Origin: Octopus sinensis
Taxonomy: Eukaryota
Reading direction: 5' to 3'
DNA: 64,000 bases
Assembly (NCBI RefSeq): GCF_006345805.1
Contig: NC_043006.1
Location: forward strand, 58,032,001-58,096,000
Numbering within the stretch: position 1 is the stretch's first letter; every line of letters begins with the position of its first letter. The translations under genes and the position numbers were made by a program. Of this stretch, positions 1 through 11,879 are shown piece by piece. The notes beneath the pieces are model-generated. The model was not told where the DNA came from, did no database searches, and saw nothing but the letters and a program-made list of their open reading frames with translations.

Positions 1-1450
1 TTATATTTTGCATATAGCTTGAGGTATTCTATATAAAAAAGATGTGATTCTATCAAACATTCTGTATCCAAATTGTGTACAGTTCAATTCATGTGACAGA
101 GCTATGAGTGTTAAACAAAAAAGCAATGGGGATAACGAATCTCCTTGAAACACACTTTGATTAATCTTGATACTAATTAATCTTGATACTAATTAATCTT
201 AATACTTATGATTGAGGTACAGTTTTATGTACCATATGCTCATACTTTGGCGAAGAAAACCTTCAATAATTGGTGATATTTTGTATTAGTCTAGAGCTTT
301 AGCGATTCACGAGTGAGAGACACTATCGAATGTCTATCGGTAATCTATCCAAGATTTACTATGATTACTACTTTAAGAGAAGCAGTTTTCAAGTATCATT
401 CGGTTAATCATAAGTTGATCTTTGCAGCCATAGGAATTCCTACGGCATCTTTTTTGCTCTAAATGCAAAATATCGTGTTGGTCGAGAAATTAGTAAGTGA
501 TCGATAAAATAAGTACCACTTGACGAAATCGATTTACTCCCTCACCAGAAATTGTTGGTCTTATGGCAAAATTTGAAACTAGTATTTTGTCAGTGGTAGT
601 AAAGCACGTAATTGGCCAGTAATTCTTCAGGGTTTTGGTTCTGTCATTTTTAGGCATTACATAGATTATCCCTTGAATCAGCCAAGGTGGCATTTTTCTG
701 GGGTTTTCATTATGTCGGAAAAACGCTCAAATAATTGTTTGTGTGATGTTGAGAGAGGATTCAGCCAAAAGTTTAGTGACATACCATGTCCAGGGGATTT
801 CCATTTATGAGCCTTTGAAAAGGCTTCTTTCAGTTCCTTGACGGTGATAGCTTCCCAACTTTCTTCTTGTTTATTCACTATTCTTTATTCCTCTCTTGTG
901 ATCCACTCATAATTTCCATTAGATTCTTTGATATTACTTGATATACTTTTCCACAACGATTCTACCTCATGCATTTCAAGTGTCCTTAATTTCCATTATT
1001 TGCTTTTCGCATCCATTTTGAAGATTTTGTTTTGTCAGTAGAAGTTGCTTCTGTTACCAAAAGTACGGAAACGTTGTGGCTTAAGCTGTAGATTTTATTT
1101 CTCTAACTCTTTGGATTTAATTACTTCAGCCATGTCAGTTAATTTGTACCTGCACTTCACTGTTCTGTCTTTCTTTCTGTTAACATTGTTCTCTTAGATA
1201 ATTCATCTAAGTTCACACCTAAGCTGTAATTTTTTTTGTTTATTCGCTCTTTCCATTTTGGTTGCCTTTTGCTTTTGCATATTATTTTTGTGTGCCTTTT
1301 TCTCTACCTATTTTCTTAGTATCTGCAGATGCTGCTGAAGTCATGTCGCATTTAGATTCTGCAAGGATTTCTTTTGGGGGCGTAATCATGAATTTATTTG
1401 TAAGTAAGATTTTTATTGTAAACGGAACATTTTCGTTTGGAATTTAGGCA
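1..1450 (-). mobile_element. Decayed R4/Dong-type non-LTR retrotransposon, reverse transcriptase region
   Basis: Minus-strand translations give RT motifs: WKSPG...NFWL (ORF 678-878), PWLIQG...PKNDRTKTLKNYWPITC (ORF 490-693), WIDYR*TFDSVSHS (about 310-357) and QGDSLSPLLF (about 119-150). Many stops and frameshifts. Confidence 0.8.
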
Positions 1451-1629
1451 GCTGTTCTCTATCATTTATTTCTGTATATTGTAAGATATTGTATGTGTGA
1501 TGTTACCTTTTACATCTTAGAGTTTACCGACGTTACATCTTACAGTTTATCGACGTTAACTCTTTTAAAACGAAGCTTGTATGCTAGTTTCTAATTCCTG
1601 AAGGGTCTCAAGCGACGCATTGACAGAAT

Positions 1630-1820
1630 CTTTAGCGCGTAGAGTGAAATGCATAGCGCCATTTCGTCCCTTTTTACATTCTGAGTTCAAATTCCGCCGA
1701 GGTCGAGTTTGCTTCCATATTTTCAGGATCGATGAAATAAGGAGCAATTGAGCACTGAGATTGATATAACCGATTATCCCCCTCCCCACAAAATTTCAGT
1801 GTTGTGCCTATTCTAGAAAA
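1630..1820 (+). mobile_element. tRNA-derived SINE family B, degenerate copy
   Basis: Contains TCTGAGTTCAAATTCCGCCGAGGTCGA (B-box-like) and the downstream body shared with the copies at 4705, 4905, 6459, 43050 and 60366. Confidence 0.7.
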
Positions 1821-1887
1821 AAAATTATCGTTGTTTTTGTCGTTGTTGTAGTTGATGTCATCATTATCGTAGTTATCATCGACGTCA

Positions 1888-1896
1888 TTGTTGTTA

Positions 1897-1982
<86 letters not shown>

Positions 1983-2030
1983 ACTACTACTACTACTACT
2001 ACTACTGCGACTGCTGCTGCTGTTGTTATT
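1888..2030 (+). repeat. (CTA)n/(CTG)n trinucleotide microsatellite
   Basis: Seen directly; explains the poly-Leu ORF 1888-2121. Confidence 0.95.
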
Positions 2031-2057
2031 TCATAAGCAGTGTAATTGGATAAAGAT

Positions 2058-2473
2058 TACTCTTTACCCTTTTACTTGTCTCAGTCATTTGAGTGTGGCC
2101 ATGCTGGAGCACCGCCTTTAGTCGAGCAAATCGACCCCAGGACTTATACTTTGTAATCCTAGTAATTATTCTATCGCTCTCTTTTGCCGAACCGTTAAGT
2201 TACGGGGACGTAAACACACCAGCATCGGTTGTCAAGCGATGTTGGGGGACAAACACAGACAGACAGACACCCCCACACATATATATATATATATATATAA
2301 CATATATACGCCGGGCTTCTTTCAGTTTCCGTCTACCAAATCCACTCACAAGGCTTTAGTCGGTCCGAGGCTATAGTAGAAGACACTTGCCCAAGGTGCC
2401 ACGCAGTGGGACTGAAACCGGAACCATGTGGTTGGAAAGCAAGCTACTTATCACACAGCCACTCCTACGCCTA
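2058..2473 (-). mobile_element. tRNA-derived SINE family A, full-length copy with internal CA/TA microsatellite
   Basis: The minus strand starts TAGGCGTAGGAGTGGCTGTGTGATAAG...GGTTTCAGTCCC (A/B-box-like) followed by TTGGGCAAGTGTCTT. Closely similar copies at 30783, 39480 and 54805. Confidence 0.85.
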
Positions 2474-2574
2474 TATTTTAGATTTTCACTTCCTTAATTT
2501 TAACTTACGCTGCCATATTAACATTAATGCATTCATATCAACGCATCAATACCTACTTTTTCTTTTATTTATTC

Positions 2575-2942
2575 ACTAGCAGTATCGCCCGGCGTTGCTC
2601 GGGTTTGTAAGGGAAATAACTATATTTTTAGAGAGTTATAGCCAAAAAATGGGGAAAAAATGATGGTAAATTTTTTTTAGTTGAAAAGGTCGAGTTGCGT
2701 CCCCTAGACAGTCTGTGGTTTGTGTTTCTGATTCTCGACCCCATGTCGAATTTATCGATTTTTTTCAGAACTGGGGGAACTTTTCAAAATTTTCGCTGCG
2801 TTAGTTTTGAATTATGACATTGGGCTATGTGTGTGTCAAGTTTCATCAGAATCGGTTGAAAGCCGTGGTCAGGGTGAGGGTACAACCAAACAGACACACA
2901 GACACACACACAGACAAACTGCCGTTTATATATAGAGAGATT
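2575..2942 (+). mobile_element. Non-autonomous Helitron-like element (Lep1/HINE-type architecture)
   Basis: Starts ACTAGC...CCCGGCGTTGCTCGGG (subterminal hairpin) and ends AAGTTTCATCAGAATCGGTTGA, then (ACAG/AC)n, then TTATATATAGAGA. Family assignment is from recall. Confidence 0.6.
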
Positions 2943-3353
2943 TGCTCCGCAACACGTGAACGAATAATTGTTGACAAGTTAAAATATTGTCCTCGTATCA
3001 TAAGCAGAGTTGTTTCGCCACTTTTTACGCTTGCAGTGCTTCTTTAAATTCGTAACTACAGCAACGCGTGTTATGACGTTTTAATGCCATTTATGTTGTC
3101 ACCCTCTCTCTTTACCTGCCAACCAATCAGATTCATCCTGAAAATCCTGAATGGCAGATTAGAAAATATCTTCCTAGAAGTAAAGTGCGTTCATTATGCA
3201 AGTCGTCGAAACGAGAAACTATTGGTTATGAATTGAGAACACACGCACTTTAGTGTATAAATACATATACATACATATACACATATATAAATATACTGAT
3301 ATACACACATAAGTTCTTAGTATTCTGTATTCATAACCAACAGTGTATGTGTA

Positions 3354-3415
<62 letters not shown>

Positions 3416-3469
3416 CTTATATATATTATTGTTATGATTACTATATATTATATATATATATATATAGTA

Positions 3470-3660
3470 ATAATAGCAATTATCCTTGGGTGAAATGTAT
3501 AAACTTTTAACTCATCGCTACGCACGTTTTCACTAATCACATGTCTCTTAAGATCACAGTCCGTATTCCTGGAATGATTTCAATATAGCCCGTAGTATAC
3601 GTGGGCATCGGGTAGATCATCTTCATAGATTCATTTCTTCAGGCGAGAGTGGCTGTATGT
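3470..3660 (-). repeat. Dispersed repeat family X, 3' part (homologous to 14844-15150 and 24240-24990)
   Basis: The reverse complement shares ATGAAGATGATCTACCCGATGCC with about 15072-15095, and the GGACT.TGAT...CATGTGA...CGTAGCGATG segment with 24275-24335. Confidence 0.65.
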
Positions 3661-3690
3661 ATGTATGTAGATAAATAGATAGAGAGATAA

Positions 3691-3773
<83 letters not shown>

Positions 3774-3775
3774 CA
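3660..3775 (+). repeat. (GATA)n microsatellite
   Basis: Seen directly; explains the IYLS ORFs. Confidence 0.95.
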
Positions 3776-3849
3776 CACACACATATTATATACATACTTT
3801 CGTTCTGCGAGAACGTTCGCAGATGTGACAATTACTTTTCTTTTCAGTA

Positions 3850-5300
3850 AGAATGTAACATGCTGCACGCGACAGAAGGACAATCTCATAAGCAGCTCGA
3901 TTTCTTCCTGGCCCTTGAGAGAAGAAATCATCGGCACACGGGGCATCTCTATTTCTGCCGGGTTTTTGCTACAGCCACTACATTTGGGTCTTGCTTGCGG
4001 AACGAACTCTTCAATGTAGAGTTCTCCCTTTGCTTTTGCTCAAAAGCGTCGCACCTGTACATGATAGTCTCTCTCCATGCCGTACGCCTTTCAGCCAATG
4101 TCTCCCTGATATCCATGTCGAACTCCAGAAATTTAAGGTTGCCTTTTATGACATCCTTAAACCGTTTTATATGTCTGTGCTGAGGCCTTTTTTTTTTTCT
4201 GATCAGCTCCTCATAAAATATATGTTTGGGGAGCCTGCCGTCTTCCCTTCTTGACGATATGACCAGCCCAACGCATCTAGTTCAAAATTATCCTTTTCTC
4301 AACACTGGTTCTACCAGAGCAAAATTAGTTGAGTAAGAGAATCAGTTTATGTTCAGGATGCGCAGAATACAGTATCATATCAACTATTTGATATAATGAC
4401 TACGTTTCTTATCCATATAGGAGGGCTATAAAAACACAGGCTTCATATACATTAAGCTTCGTGTCTCTCGTGATAGGCCGTTCTGATCTGACTCCCTTCT
4501 CGAGTTTCCCGAAAGCAGCACTAGTTTTCGCAAGCCTGTGCTTTATATCAGCGTCAAGGGTGCCGTCTCTACTAAGTATATTTCCAAGCTGTGTACCACC
4601 TAAGTGTTTTTTCTCCTTCAAATATGTCCACCCAACTGGTGGAGTATACATGACCATTATCATTTTCATGCTAATATTTAGATCAAATTAGTCGGTAAGC
4701 TGTCAGAATCGTTAATATGCCGGGCAAAATGTTTTGCAGCATTCCATCCGTCTCCACGTTCTGAGTTTAAATTCCACCGAGGTCGACTTTGCCTTTCAAC
4801 TTTTCAGGATCGGTAAAATAAGTACCAGTTGAGCACTGGAGTCAATTCAATCAACTTAGCCCCTACCCGGTATTGCTGTTCTTGTGCCAAATTTTGGAAC
4901 CATATACGGCAGCGAACTAGCAGAATCGTTAGCACGCCAGACAAAATGCTTAACAGTACTCCACTCCGTCCGTCTTTACGTTCTGAGTTCAAATTCAGAC
5001 GAGGTCAACCTTGCCTTTCTTCTCTTTCGGGTTGATATGATAAATACCAATTGAGCGCTGAGGTCGATATAGTCGACTTACCCTCTTCCCGATATTACTT
5101 GCCTTGTGCCAAAATTTGAAACTAGTATTTAGACCAAATGGAGTGCAAGCATTGGAGAAGGTGTTCAATATAATCTGTTTGTCCTTCGCTGAATGAGACA
5201 TAGCATCAGCAATACCAGCGTAAATAAACTCTCTCACAACAGTACCAAATGTTTCTGACTTGATGTTAAAACGTCTTGATGTTAAAAGGCCTTGCTTGAG
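3850..5300 (-). mobile_element. RTE-clade LINE, decayed 3' half, interrupted by SINE-B copies at 4705-5125
   Basis: Minus translations: VREFIYAGIADAMSHS...FSNACTPFGL (5132-5250), LGNILSRDGTLDADIKHRLAKTSAAFGKL...TKLNVYEAC...LLYG (4409-4669) and KRFKDVIKGNLK...LAERRTAWR (about 4070-4160). Confidence 0.8.
4705..5125 (+). mobile_element. Two tandem SINE family B copies (about 4705-4895 and 4905-5125)
   Basis: Each has CAGAATCGTTA...GTTCTGAGTT(C/T)AAATT...GAGGTC...AAGTACCAGTT/AATACCAATT. Confidence 0.8.
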
Positions 5301-5329
5301 GTTCTAAATCGCACGTACACACTGAATTC

Positions 5330-5570
5330 AATGTCTTGGACGGTAGAGAAAGTTCATCCAAAGTTTTGCTGAATCGACTAGTGGTTTGAAAAAACACAAA
5401 AGAAAGAGGGCATCTATGGACCATTGATAAGAAGTTTGCAAATCCAGTGCCCAAGATACACTTTCAAATTCATACCCATTATTATTGGAGTAGCAGGGTA
5501 CACACCAAGACGTCTGGAGCAAAGTATGACTGAATTTGGGTTCTTGAGGAGAGATCGCGAGTCCTTAATG
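5330..5570 (+). mobile_element. R4/Dong-type LINE, C-terminal fragment
   Basis: IYGPLIRSLQIQCPRYTFKFIPIIIGVAGY aligns with the C-terminus of ORF 41870-42196. Confidence 0.65.
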
Positions 5571-6275
5571 CAAAGCGAAGTCAAAAAGTATCCGCACTTT
5601 CGCCAAACATATCTTTATTATTGTCACAATGCCTGCTTATAGTTGGTACTGTTGTGGTTATGTAATCGAAGTTTGAGCCTGATCGCGCCATTTTTCTTAC
5701 TGGCTTTACAGTGTAAGCATGGCTGCTCCACTGGCAATGTGTACCAAAGAAGAACAAAGAGCAGTGATCCGGTTTCTCTGGAAAAGGGGTGTACGATGAA
5801 CAGTGCAATATACAGTGCTTTGCTGGCCAACAAACTGAAGCCAGCAATTTTCACCAAACGCCGAAAACTATTGTCGAAGAAAGTTTTGTTGTTGCATGAC
5901 AATGCACGCTCGTACACGGTCACTCAGCCGTTGAAAACCATTAACCAATTGGGTTTTGAGGTGCTTGAACACCCTGCCTACAGCCCAGATCTCACTCCTT
6001 CTGACTATATCTTTGGGTCGCTCAAAGATGGTTTACGGAGTCGTCGATTACCTATGGATGAAGATGTGAAAGAAGCGGTGCATAAATGGTTGCACGACCA
6101 ACCGTAAACTTTCTAATTGGAGGGAATACTTAGAGGCAAGCTTGTGGACCGCTGGACCAAGTGCATCGAAAAGCAAGGAGAGTATATAGACAAATTACGT
6201 ACTTGTTTATCCCCTGCTTTTGTATGAATACATTGTAAAAACAAGAGTGCATATAATTTTTTATTCTCCCTCGGA
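5570..6275 (+). mobile_element. Internally deleted mariner transposon
   Basis: MAAPLAMCTKEEQRAVIRFL (transposase N-terminus, from about 5719) joins directly to the catalytic C-terminus LLLHDNAR...HPAYSPDLTPSDY. Degenerate inverted termini at about 5570-5600 and 6245-6275 (AAAAAGTATCCGCACT / AGTGCATATAATTTTT). Confidence 0.85.
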
Positions 6276-6458
6276 AGGTGGTTGAAAGAAGATACTTTCC
6301 GTCACAACTTGACCGGTCAAGTTTTACTCAAAATTAAAAAGTCAAAGAGAAGAGCATACATACATGTGTAGCAGTTGGGTGTATGACTCGTTGTTGGTAG
6401 GTATTAGTTGAGTGTTGTCCCATAACAAAACAAGTGCGAACTTCGTACATGTATATAA

Positions 6459-6662
6459 GGCGGCGAGCTGGCAGAATCGTTAGCGGTATTTCGTCTGCCG
6501 CTATGTTCTGAATTCAAATTCCGCCGAGGTCGACTTTGCCTTTTATCCTTTGCCTTTCAACCTTTCGGGGTCGATTAAATAAGTACCAGTTACACACAGG
6601 GGTTGATGTAATCGATTTAATCCCTTCCTCCAAATTTGAGGCCTTGTGCTGCCAGTAGAAAG
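6459..6662 (+). mobile_element. SINE family B copy
   Basis: GGCGGCGAGCTGGCAGAATCGTTAGC head, GAATTCAAATTCC B-box-like motif and the shared body. Confidence 0.85.
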
Positions 6663-7020
6663 AATATTTACATTTATACATAAAAATTTTCCGGTAAATG
6701 CCAGAAGTGCATTATAGGAAGTTAGAATCGAACGTAGGTGCATTTAAATTACGGACATAAAAGATTGGTGTCGCGTGATTAGCGGGAATACTGTTTGTTT
6801 GTTTGTCCTAATTGATGAATTCCTTTTTACTGTGGGCTGAATTTCAGTAAAGGAAAACTATAGGTAAAAACTAGCTGTTCATGCTTCGAACAGCCGCTCT
6901 CTGGTTGATCCTGGCAAGCTTTCGCTTTTATAACTACAAAAGTGCAGGACCTCATACAATGATTTATATAGCAGAATATTTCGGCTAAATGAAACTGTGA
7001 GGTTTCAATTCTAGGACTTG

Positions 7021-7021
<1 letters not shown>

Positions 7022-7051
<30 letters not shown>

Positions 7052-7160
7052 CATACATACATACATACATACACATACATACATACATACATACATACAT
7101 ACATACATACATACATACATACATACATACATACATACATACATACATACATACATACAT
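7022..7160 (+). repeat. (TACA)n microsatellite
   Basis: Seen directly. Confidence 0.95.
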
Positions 7161-7229
7161 ACATACGTACGTACATACATGGAGAAACGAAGCTTATTCC
7201 GGCACAAGGAAGAATATAGGAGAATTTGT

Positions 7230-9650
7230 TTTGGTTTGAAAATGCACCTGAGTCTCAAAACGTGAAGTGATTTAAAAAGTTTTCAGCAGGTTTATTAAAA
7301 TATCAAACTAGTTTCAACATTTTTTTTTTGTTTATCAATGATAAATGGAAAATAAATAAAAGTAAAGGGTTTAGAAGAGGTTAAAGTTACAAAGGAAAAT
7401 TTGGAAAAAAACATGCTTAAAAGATCAAATGTTCATTCCAATGAGTTTTACAGAAATAGACAGTAATACGGATTCAAATGTTCAATGAGTTTCATAAGAG
7501 ATATGCATGATGGAAGTTCAGTAATATTGAGTTATATCAACAATTAGATACGATGAAGTTATTTAAAGGAGTAAGAGAAAAGAAGGAGAGAAAGGAAAAC
7601 GCTTTTTTTATATAATTTCTGTCGTAGTGCATGAAGAAAGATTCCTTGTCTTTGGTTTTGCTAGCGAGAACTCAAACTGTTTTAAGTTAAAATTGCTTTG
7701 TATACATGTTTTACGGTAAAGGATAAAGTCCTGATGGTTGTAAATTTAATGACGTCTCTTGCTTTTGTCTGTATGGCTGGCTGTCTTAATATATCATTTG
7801 GTTTATGGATATTTTGGTCCAATATTTTTGTTTTTGGGAGAAGTCCAGTGTTTTGGTTGATTGACTTCCTAGTGACGTCATTTGTTTGTTGAATATTTTG
7901 ATCCTTTGTTTTTGAACAGTAGAGATCCGGTGCTCTGGTTGGGTGATTTTCTGTTTACGTCGTTTTTTGTAGCCAAGGGATTTGGTGACTTGTTTCTGTC
8001 TGACGATCGTCCAGCGTTCCGCTTGGTTGATTCCTTTAAGAAGCCACTGGTTTCGATCAGCTGAATGTTTATTTGTTTTTTCCTGAAGTCCGGTTTTGAC
8101 CAGAAAATAGACTCACTGGTTGATAGAGTGACGTTAGCAAATGGGTGTTTGAAAAGGTGTAAGGTGTTATTATACAGCTGTTTGGAGTTAGGGTTTCGAA
8201 CTCTTGGGATAGCCTGTTACTCAAACTTTTAATTTATATCTGTTGTCTCAGGTCGTTTTTCGTGAATAAATTAACTTTTCTCATTCTGGTCTGTTGTTAC
8301 AGAGGATTCATTTGTGGTTTATATATCATAATAAATATATCTTCCTTATTTAATCGAAATTGGGCTGACGTATTTCTGGTGCATTGATAAGAGAAGGAAA
8401 ATCTTGTATTTGAGACGTTTGTTCGTTGGGCACTGATCTAGGTGTTTACTTATGAGAATTTTCCTAGTTGTGGGATCCTGAATCCGTTGCCTGCAAACTG
8501 CCAGTCTGTCCCTCAAAGTCAAGCTCGTTTGCCTTGCGCAGTCACCAACACACCCACCACATTTGAGAATATAGATTAAGTTCCTCAATATGGCGAATGT
8601 ATGAGCTGATTTGAATTTATATTTTGAATCATCCATAAGGTTGATGCAAGTCTTGCAATAAGGTCGGTTACATTTTTTGATTAGCGGGCCGTATTTTTGG
8701 TAGGTAATTTGGTGCCAGTAAGTAACCATTTTAGAGATTTAGGCTGTCTTTTTCTTTTAATAATTTTATGTGTTTCGAGTGCATTTTTCATTCACAGGTA
8801 ATTCATCAGAACGGGTATATTCTGATGGATGATGTATGCTTCCATGTTTCTTGGATTGTGCGTTGATACATAAGATAAAGTTTTAAATGTATCAGGGTTT
8901 TTTCTTGTTTTTGGTCATTCTTAGATGTCTATCGCTTTTGCACATTCTATTCTGTTATTGATTAAACTGACCGGGTATTTTCTTTCCAGTAATATATTTT
9001 TAAGTTCTTTGAATATTTTTTTCCTGGGTTTTGGGATTAGATATAATCGTGAAAATTCTTCTTGCCAAGTTAAAAGGTATATTGATTTTAGTATACTATG
9101 GATGGCAGGAAGTGAATAGCAGGTATTGTTTTAAAAGTGTTGATTTAAAGTAAATATCGGTTTCAATGTTAGTATCTCGTTTTATGAATAGGATGTCCAA
9201 AAAGGGTAGCTGTTTTGGACTGTATTCCATCGTAAATTGGATTCTGTGGTTAATGTTATTAAGTTTTTAAATTCTAAGAATTAATCAAGATTATGTGATC
9301 ACAGACTGAATCAATCATCCAGGTAGCGTTTCCAGTTGGCGACTGAGTATTTTTTAAAGTTATCACCAAATTTCGGTCAGGCATTTGGACTTCTAAGTAT
9401 TGCAAGATAAGATTAGCATAAGTGGGGGCTACTCTCGTTCTCATCGCAATCTCAAATAACTATTTATAGGTGCTGTCATTGAAATTGATAAAGCCATTTT
9501 ATAGGATGAATTTTAATCTTTCAATGATAAATCATTTTCCAGTTCGGTCAGGAATATCATTTGGAAATTCTTCCAACCAGAATTTCATAGCTTCCTTTCT
9601 GTATTCGCGTAAAATCGAGATTTATTACATCGAATGAGACGAAAATATAT
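7230..9650 (-). mobile_element. Penelope-like retroelement relic: RT, GIY-YIG endonuclease and long 3' region
   Basis: RT: EIAMRTRVAPTYANL (about 9410-9455) and QFTMEYSPKQLPFLDI...IETDIYFK...SCHP (9060-9260). Linker: SYVSTHNPRN...KRQPKSLK. GIY-YIG: KCNRPYCKTC...NLIYILKCGGC...KHLDQC...KEDIFIMIYKPQMN, with stop at about 8297. Hammerhead relic at 7301-7343. Confidence 0.9.
7301..7343 (-). ncRNA. Degenerate type I hammerhead ribozyme motif
   Basis: Minus strand TATCA TTGATAA ACA(A)9TGT T GAA ACTAGT T TGATA: 5-bp stem I, palindromic stem III, two core transitions relative to CTGATGA. Confidence 0.55.
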
Positions 9651-9884
9651 AAAAATACGGTGAAGAACCCATCTTCAAAATTATTTCACAGAGCCGAGAC
9701 GTCTGACTAAGATGCAAAGGGATAATTGTAATTTTCTAAAATAAAATGGACAAAATTTCTTTGCAAGAGTTTTTCAAAGAACCTCTTACCGTTGAAAACA
9801 TTGCATTAACCGTCTTCTCCGAGACCTGATAAAAATATTTCTCTGCCTTTTCTTTTTTCAACCAGCATAGCTGTACACAGAGTA

Positions 9885-10090
9885 CGATGTATAAATGTAC
9901 ATGAGTTGCAGTCGGTTGGGAAGCAATATCACGTGCTTAGCGACTTCATGTAACAAAACAAAACTGCTAGTCATCAGTGATGTCAGGATTTCCAGAACAC
10001 ATGCACCCGCGACCGTCTCTGAGAACCGCGAGCTAAAGACAAAGTGTGTGTGTGTGTGTGTGTGTATGTGTGTGTGTGTGTGTGTGTGTA

Positions 10091-10122
<32 letters not shown>

Positions 10123-10900
10123 CGCGCGTGTGTGTGTGTGTTTTCATGAACACGAAGGAACGAAAGTTATTTGATGTAGCCACTTGGCAGAAGCGCGCTG
10201 TGCAAACAAAACCCCAATTCTGTATTTGGGGATCGGGGACATATGCGGGTTACTGGATCTCAAGCAGACGAGAACGACTTTGCAGCGGCGTTTTGCTTAT
10301 TGTTCGGAGCAAGCAGTTGGCAGAGAAGATAGTGGACGTTAGTGCCCACCAGAAAAAGATCTGCAGCTCTCGGTGAATGATACTGAGAAATGCGGAAAAA
10401 AACCCAAAAAACATCTGAGATACTGTTAGGTATGAGAAGCAAGTCGCTTGGTTCGATAGTGAGCTTTATACATATATGTCAGACATATCAGCCGACGTTT
10501 CGGAAGATGTCTGCTGCAACCTGCAGCAGAACGGGGGAATACACTAGTTTGTGAGCCGAGGAGTAGTATCGCTCATGAGAAAAAACAAGGGAAACATCAT
10601 TGATAATTTTAGGCTCCTAAATTTACTGAACAGGGAGCTTTCATTTGCCGGGAGAGGCAGGTAGTTTTCTTCTGGTAGTCCTGGCGAAAGAGATTGTGTG
10701 GTAGAGCAAACTGGAAGCATTGAAGCCAAATACTTCCTAGTTGGCCAAGTCTTTACCAAAGTTTTTATGTACCATTTAAAGAAGAAGGCACGGGTTAAGA
10801 GGGAGGCTCTGCTCTCTATTAAACTTGTTGAAAGGGAGGCGAAAGTGGCGACCCTGCTGCAATAAACAGCTCGACTTTCAACATTTGCCTATTGACCGAG
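9885..10900 (+). mobile_element. Tx1/L1-like LINE relic with internal deletions and a (TG)n insertion
   Basis: CINVHELQS...LVISDVR resembles the APE N-terminus; ELYTYMSD...QQNGGIH*FVSRGVVSLMRKNKGNIIDNFRLLNLLNREL resembles the RT N-terminus; HLKKKARVKRE resembles the C-terminus. Confidence 0.6.
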
Positions 10901-11707
10901 GAATAGCATTTAGAGGAGAGCATTTACTCTTAGTGGTTTGCGAACTCTAGGATCTGTAGGGTTCCTTGATTGTCTATTGGCATTTTTCATGCACCATTCT
11001 TTATCGTGGAAAGTAGTGTTCTTTTGTCTGAGGAAGAAAAATGTGCTATTTCTCTGTCGGACAAAGAGTTAATCTCAGAACGTTGGATTCCTCTTCTTTC
11101 CACAGCATACGAAATCATCCACACACTCAAATACAATTTTCGTCAACGAATGACACTGACAGTATCCTCTCGGCGTTCCTTTTCTTCTTTTGTTTTTAAT
11201 TTTTGTTACCTGAGAGAAATTGTATCCTACCTTCGTTAAAGTACATCAGTCTTCGTGACTTCACTTTTGATGCAGCAAGCAAAATCGGAAAAAGAGAGAA
11301 GTGAAATGTTGTGTGTACGTATGTATGCGTCTGTGTGGGTGTGTCTGTGTTGTTGTTGTTTAATCTCAAAACAATCCCGATTGAACAGAACAATGATCAA
11401 AGATGCTCCCGCCGGAAGCATCTCGATTTTTCTTTTTTACCTTCACTCCTAATCCAAGGATTTAATTATTCAATGTGTCCTTTCTAATTTACGACAGCGT
11501 GGTGTAATTTAAAAGAGATTTGGCTGCTATTTCTAGAAGGTCGAATGCTAGTTGGAGGCTCCCTAGTTGATTTCCCCCATAAGCCAGCTGCTGCTGCTGC
11601 TGCTGTTGTTGCTGCTACTGCTGCTGCTGCTGCTGCTGTTGCATTTACTTAACTCTGTCCGTGACAGAGTAACGGTTTAAGTAGGAACTATTTGACACCC
11701 AGTTACC

Positions 11708-11809
11708 TGCAGACTTGTGGTCCTGTACTCCATTCCAAAGACGGTCGCTTTCTGGAATTTTCCTTCCTCGTTCAAAACTAATATTTTCCACCCTCTCTGC
11801 CTATTTCTG
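11708..11809 (-). other. Possible isolated host coding exon (unconfirmed)
   Basis: CTGACAG acceptor-like site after a (TTG)n tract and a CAG/GTAACT donor-like site. The open frame reads NRQRGWKILVLNEEGKFQKATVFGMEYRTTSLQ. No partner exons found. Confidence 0.2.
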
Positions 11810-11827
11810 TCAGCGATTATTAACAGC

Positions 11828-11860
<33 letters not shown>

Positions 11861-11879
11861 TTAAAAAAAACTGAGAACT

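Noticed and set aside
8763-8820. CTGATGA...GAAAC hammerhead-like spacing on the minus strand
   Set aside because: It lies inside the PLE coding linker (NIPVLMNYL*MKNALETH), and stems I and II do not pair, so it is most likely coincidence.
10940-11452. Short non-repetitive ORFs as possible host exons
   Set aside because: I found no recognisable domain and no consistent splice phase linking them to the 11708-11809 candidate.
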